Shown here one piece after another: positions 61,328 through 64,000 of a stretch of 64,000 nucleotides of DNA. Source of the stretch: Octopus sinensis (lineage: Eukaryota); the NCBI RefSeq assembly GCF_006345805.1, contig NC_043012.1, positions 8,866,001 to 8,930,000 on the forward strand, given 5' to 3'. How positions within the stretch are numbered: the stretch's first letter is position 1; every line of letters starts with the position of its first letter. The notes below the pieces were generated by a model. The model saw nothing but the letters and a program-made list of their open reading frames with translations, was not told the origin of the DNA and did no database searches. Both the position numbers and the translations under genes were made by a program.

Positions 61328-62590
61328 TGAGCTTATCTTTACATTCTGAGTTTAAATTCCTCCAAGATTGACTTTGCCTTTCATCCTTCTGGGGTCAATC
61401 AAATAAGTACCAGTTGAGCACTGGGGGTTGATGTAATTGACTTGCACCTGCCCCCACAATTGCTGGCCTTGTGCCAAAATTTGAAACCATTGTTATTAAA
61501 CAACTAGGCGCAGGAATGGCTGTGTGGTAAGTAGCTTGGGCAAGTGTCTTCTACTATAGCCTCGGGCCAACCAAAGCTTTGTGAGTAGATTTGGTAGATG
61601 GAAACTGAAAGAAGCCCATCGTATATGTGTGTATATCTTTTCTCTTTTACTCATTTACTTGTTTCAATCATTTGACTGCGGCCATGCTGGAGCACCGCCT
61701 TTAGTCGAGCAAATTGATCCCAGGACTTATTCTTTGGAAGCCTAGCACTTATTCTATCGGTCTATTTTGCTAAGTTACGAGGACATAAACACACCAGCAT
61801 CGGTTGTCAAGAGATGTTGAGGGGACAAACACAGACACACACACACACACACACACATATATATGACGGGCTTCTTTCAGTTTCCGTCTACCAAATCCAC
61901 TCACAAAGCTTTGGTCGGCCCAAGGCTGTAGTTGAAGACACTTGCCCAAGGTGCTATGCAGTGGGACTGAACCCGGAACCATGTGGTTAGTAAGCAAGCT
62001 TCTAACCACACAGCTACTCCTGCGCAACAAGCTTCTCTCAGTTTCCTCCTGGCAAGCTGCTAAATTATGGGGACGTAAACACACCAGCATCAGTCATCAA
62101 AGACACAAGCACATATCTCTTTTACTCTTTACTCTTTTACTTGTTTCAGTCATTTGACTGCGGCCATGCTGGAGCACCGCCTTTAATCGAGCAACTCGAC
62201 CCCGGGACTTATTCTTTTTGTAAGCCCAGTACTTATTCTATCGGTCTCTTTTGCCGAACCGCTATGTAATATATATATATACAACAAGCTTCTCTCAGTT
62301 TCTGTCTATCAAATCAACTCACAAGGCTTTGGTTGACCTGAGTTTGTAGTAGAAGAACCCAGAACCATGTAGATAAGACGGAAGCTTCTTACCACACACT
62401 TCCTTAGGACCATTTCTCAAGGGTAGGTTTTTTTTTTTTGTTTCATTTCTTTAAACCATAAGTGGATTTGGTAGATGGAAACTAAAAGAACCCATTGAAT
62501 ATATGTGTATATATATATATCTATGTGTGTGTGTGTGTGTGTCTTTGCTGCCCCCCCCCCCCCGCCACTGCTTGACAACCAATGTTCACT
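61328..62590. mobile_element. cluster of SINE C (61328-61490 +) and SINE B copies/fragments in both orientations
   Basis: B head 61505-61632 (+), full B 61637-62025 (-), further fragments 62112-62590. Confidence 0.8.
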
Positions 62591-63334
62591 TTTTTTTTTC
62601 TTGTTAATTATAAAATTTGGGACAGAATTTCTGGAAAACAGGGAAATATCTTGGAGGAAGTCAAATGTTTATTGTAGATTTGGCAGCCAACTGTAAATGG
62701 GTGGTGATAGTCATGGTAGTAGTGGCAGTAGTGGTTGGGGGAAGGAGTTAGTGGTAGGGGAGAGGGGAGATAGATATAACAAGTTTCTTGTTGACCTTTT
62801 ACCTACCGCCACCACCACCACCACCACCACCATTAACACCCACAGCCACCACTACCATCAGAATGTTGAAAATTTTTAATGGTGGCATTTCATTACCAGT
62901 CTAGATCTAAAAGAAAGCAGAATGAGAAGGGGGGGAGGAGGAGAAAGAGGAGCAGGAGGGGGAGGTAGAAAAGTAGGAAGAAAAAGAAGAGAAACAGGAA
63001 AGGGAGGTGGGAAGGAGGAAGAGGAGGAGGAGGAGAGAAAGAAGAGGAAAACTTTCCTTGCCCAAACCTGTTTCATGGAAGACTTATAAACAACTTTTGT
63101 GTTTAAATAAATTATTTTTTTTTTAGGTTGATATGAAAGTTTACAAGTGAGGGTTAATTGAAATAATTATGTTTTGCCAAATGTTTTCTGCAGTAAAGTT
63201 ACCAAAACTGGTTCCAGCTAGAAAATCAAAACCAAGCAACAAGTTTACTGCTAATCTATGGCACTTCCCTTCCCTTCCTTAGGACCATTTATCAAGGGTG
63301 GGTTATTTTTTTTTTCAATTCTTTAAGCCATGTG

Positions 63335-63570
63335 AATAGATTTGGTAGATTGAAGCTTAAAGAACCCATTGTATATATATGTATATATATATATATGTCT
63401 ATGTGTGTGTGTGTGTCTTTGTCCCCTTCCCCTCTGCTTGACCAGTACTAACATGCTTACATCCCTGTAACTTAGCGGTTCGGCAAAAGACACCAATAGA
63501 ATAAGTACCAGGCTTATAAAAAGTAATAACTGGGGTTGATACATTCAACTAAAAGTTCTTCAAGGCAGTG
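63335..63570 (+). mobile_element. SINE B variant (headless)
   Basis: Body match. Confidence 0.7.
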
Positions 63571-63652
63571 CAATCAATGATTGCTTTTATACAATGACTA
63601 GCTGACCATGTGCCATCAATAATGATCGTTAATTATAGTATTTTATATATAT

Positions 63653-64000
63653 ACTAGTAGTATCACCCGGCGTTGCTTGGGTTTGTAAGGGAAATAACTA
63701 TATAAGCATTTTTAGAGATGTAAAGTATAATAGCCATCTCAATATGGCTAACCACAAAGGGGGGTGGTGTTACTGTAGCTTTTTACGTTCTGAGATTTAA
63801 TAATAAATTTTTAGAGAGTTACTTCCCTTATATATGCCAAAAATGCATTAAAAATGGGAAAAATTGATGGTAAATTCTTTTTAAAATCATAGACTCAGCG
63901 TAGACGCGCGCTAGTACCCAGAAGGGCTCGATATGAATCACGACTATAAGATACCCGGTTTTGGTTAAACTGCACCGCAAAATGTGGGAGTAGTTAGGAA
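63653..64000. mobile_element. Helitron/Helentron-like non-autonomous element end (runs off the window)
   Basis: ACTAGTAGTATCACCCGGCGTTGCTTGGG resembles ACTAG..CCCG..GGG subterminal-hairpin ends of such elements. Confidence 0.45.

Overview
AT-rich, microsatellite- and SINE-dense animal genomic DNA. The repeat repertoire suggests an octopod cephalopod, which is inference only. Two spliced genes converge tail-to-tail. (1) The 3' four coding exons of a Pur-alpha/beta-family gene lie on + (1889-6190; its 5' exons are not identified and probably lie upstream of the window), followed by a ~6.5 kb stretch without intact SINE copies that looks like a long 3'UTR. (2) A complete 9-coding-exon UAP1 (UDP-N-acetylglucosamine pyrophosphorylase) lies on - (ATG 51266, stop 22652, 1467 nt, 488 aa; all splice phases join), with a candidate non-coding first exon and promoter near 58.7 kb. 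Introns hold at least three tRNA-derived SINE families (labelled A, B, C here), 3' ends of an RTE LINE (family D, with one 1.5 kb RT-containing copy), CR1 tails, mariner and hAT remnants, TTAA-type MITEs, a foldback MITE and a Helitron-like end. The best hunt result is a tRNA-headed element at 13.6-14.0 kb whose inverted arms carry Penelope-type minimal hammerhead ribozyme motifs; related, mostly degenerate motifs occur at 49.7 and 59.2-59.9 kb. Also notable are a perfect 55-bp-arm palindrome, an in-frame UAG/UAG readthrough ladder after the Pur stop, a four-hairpin GCAUG-loop array in the putative Pur 3'UTR, an AP-1 site cluster, and inverted SINE pairs around UAP1 exons. Repeat-family names and all functional claims are unverified by search.
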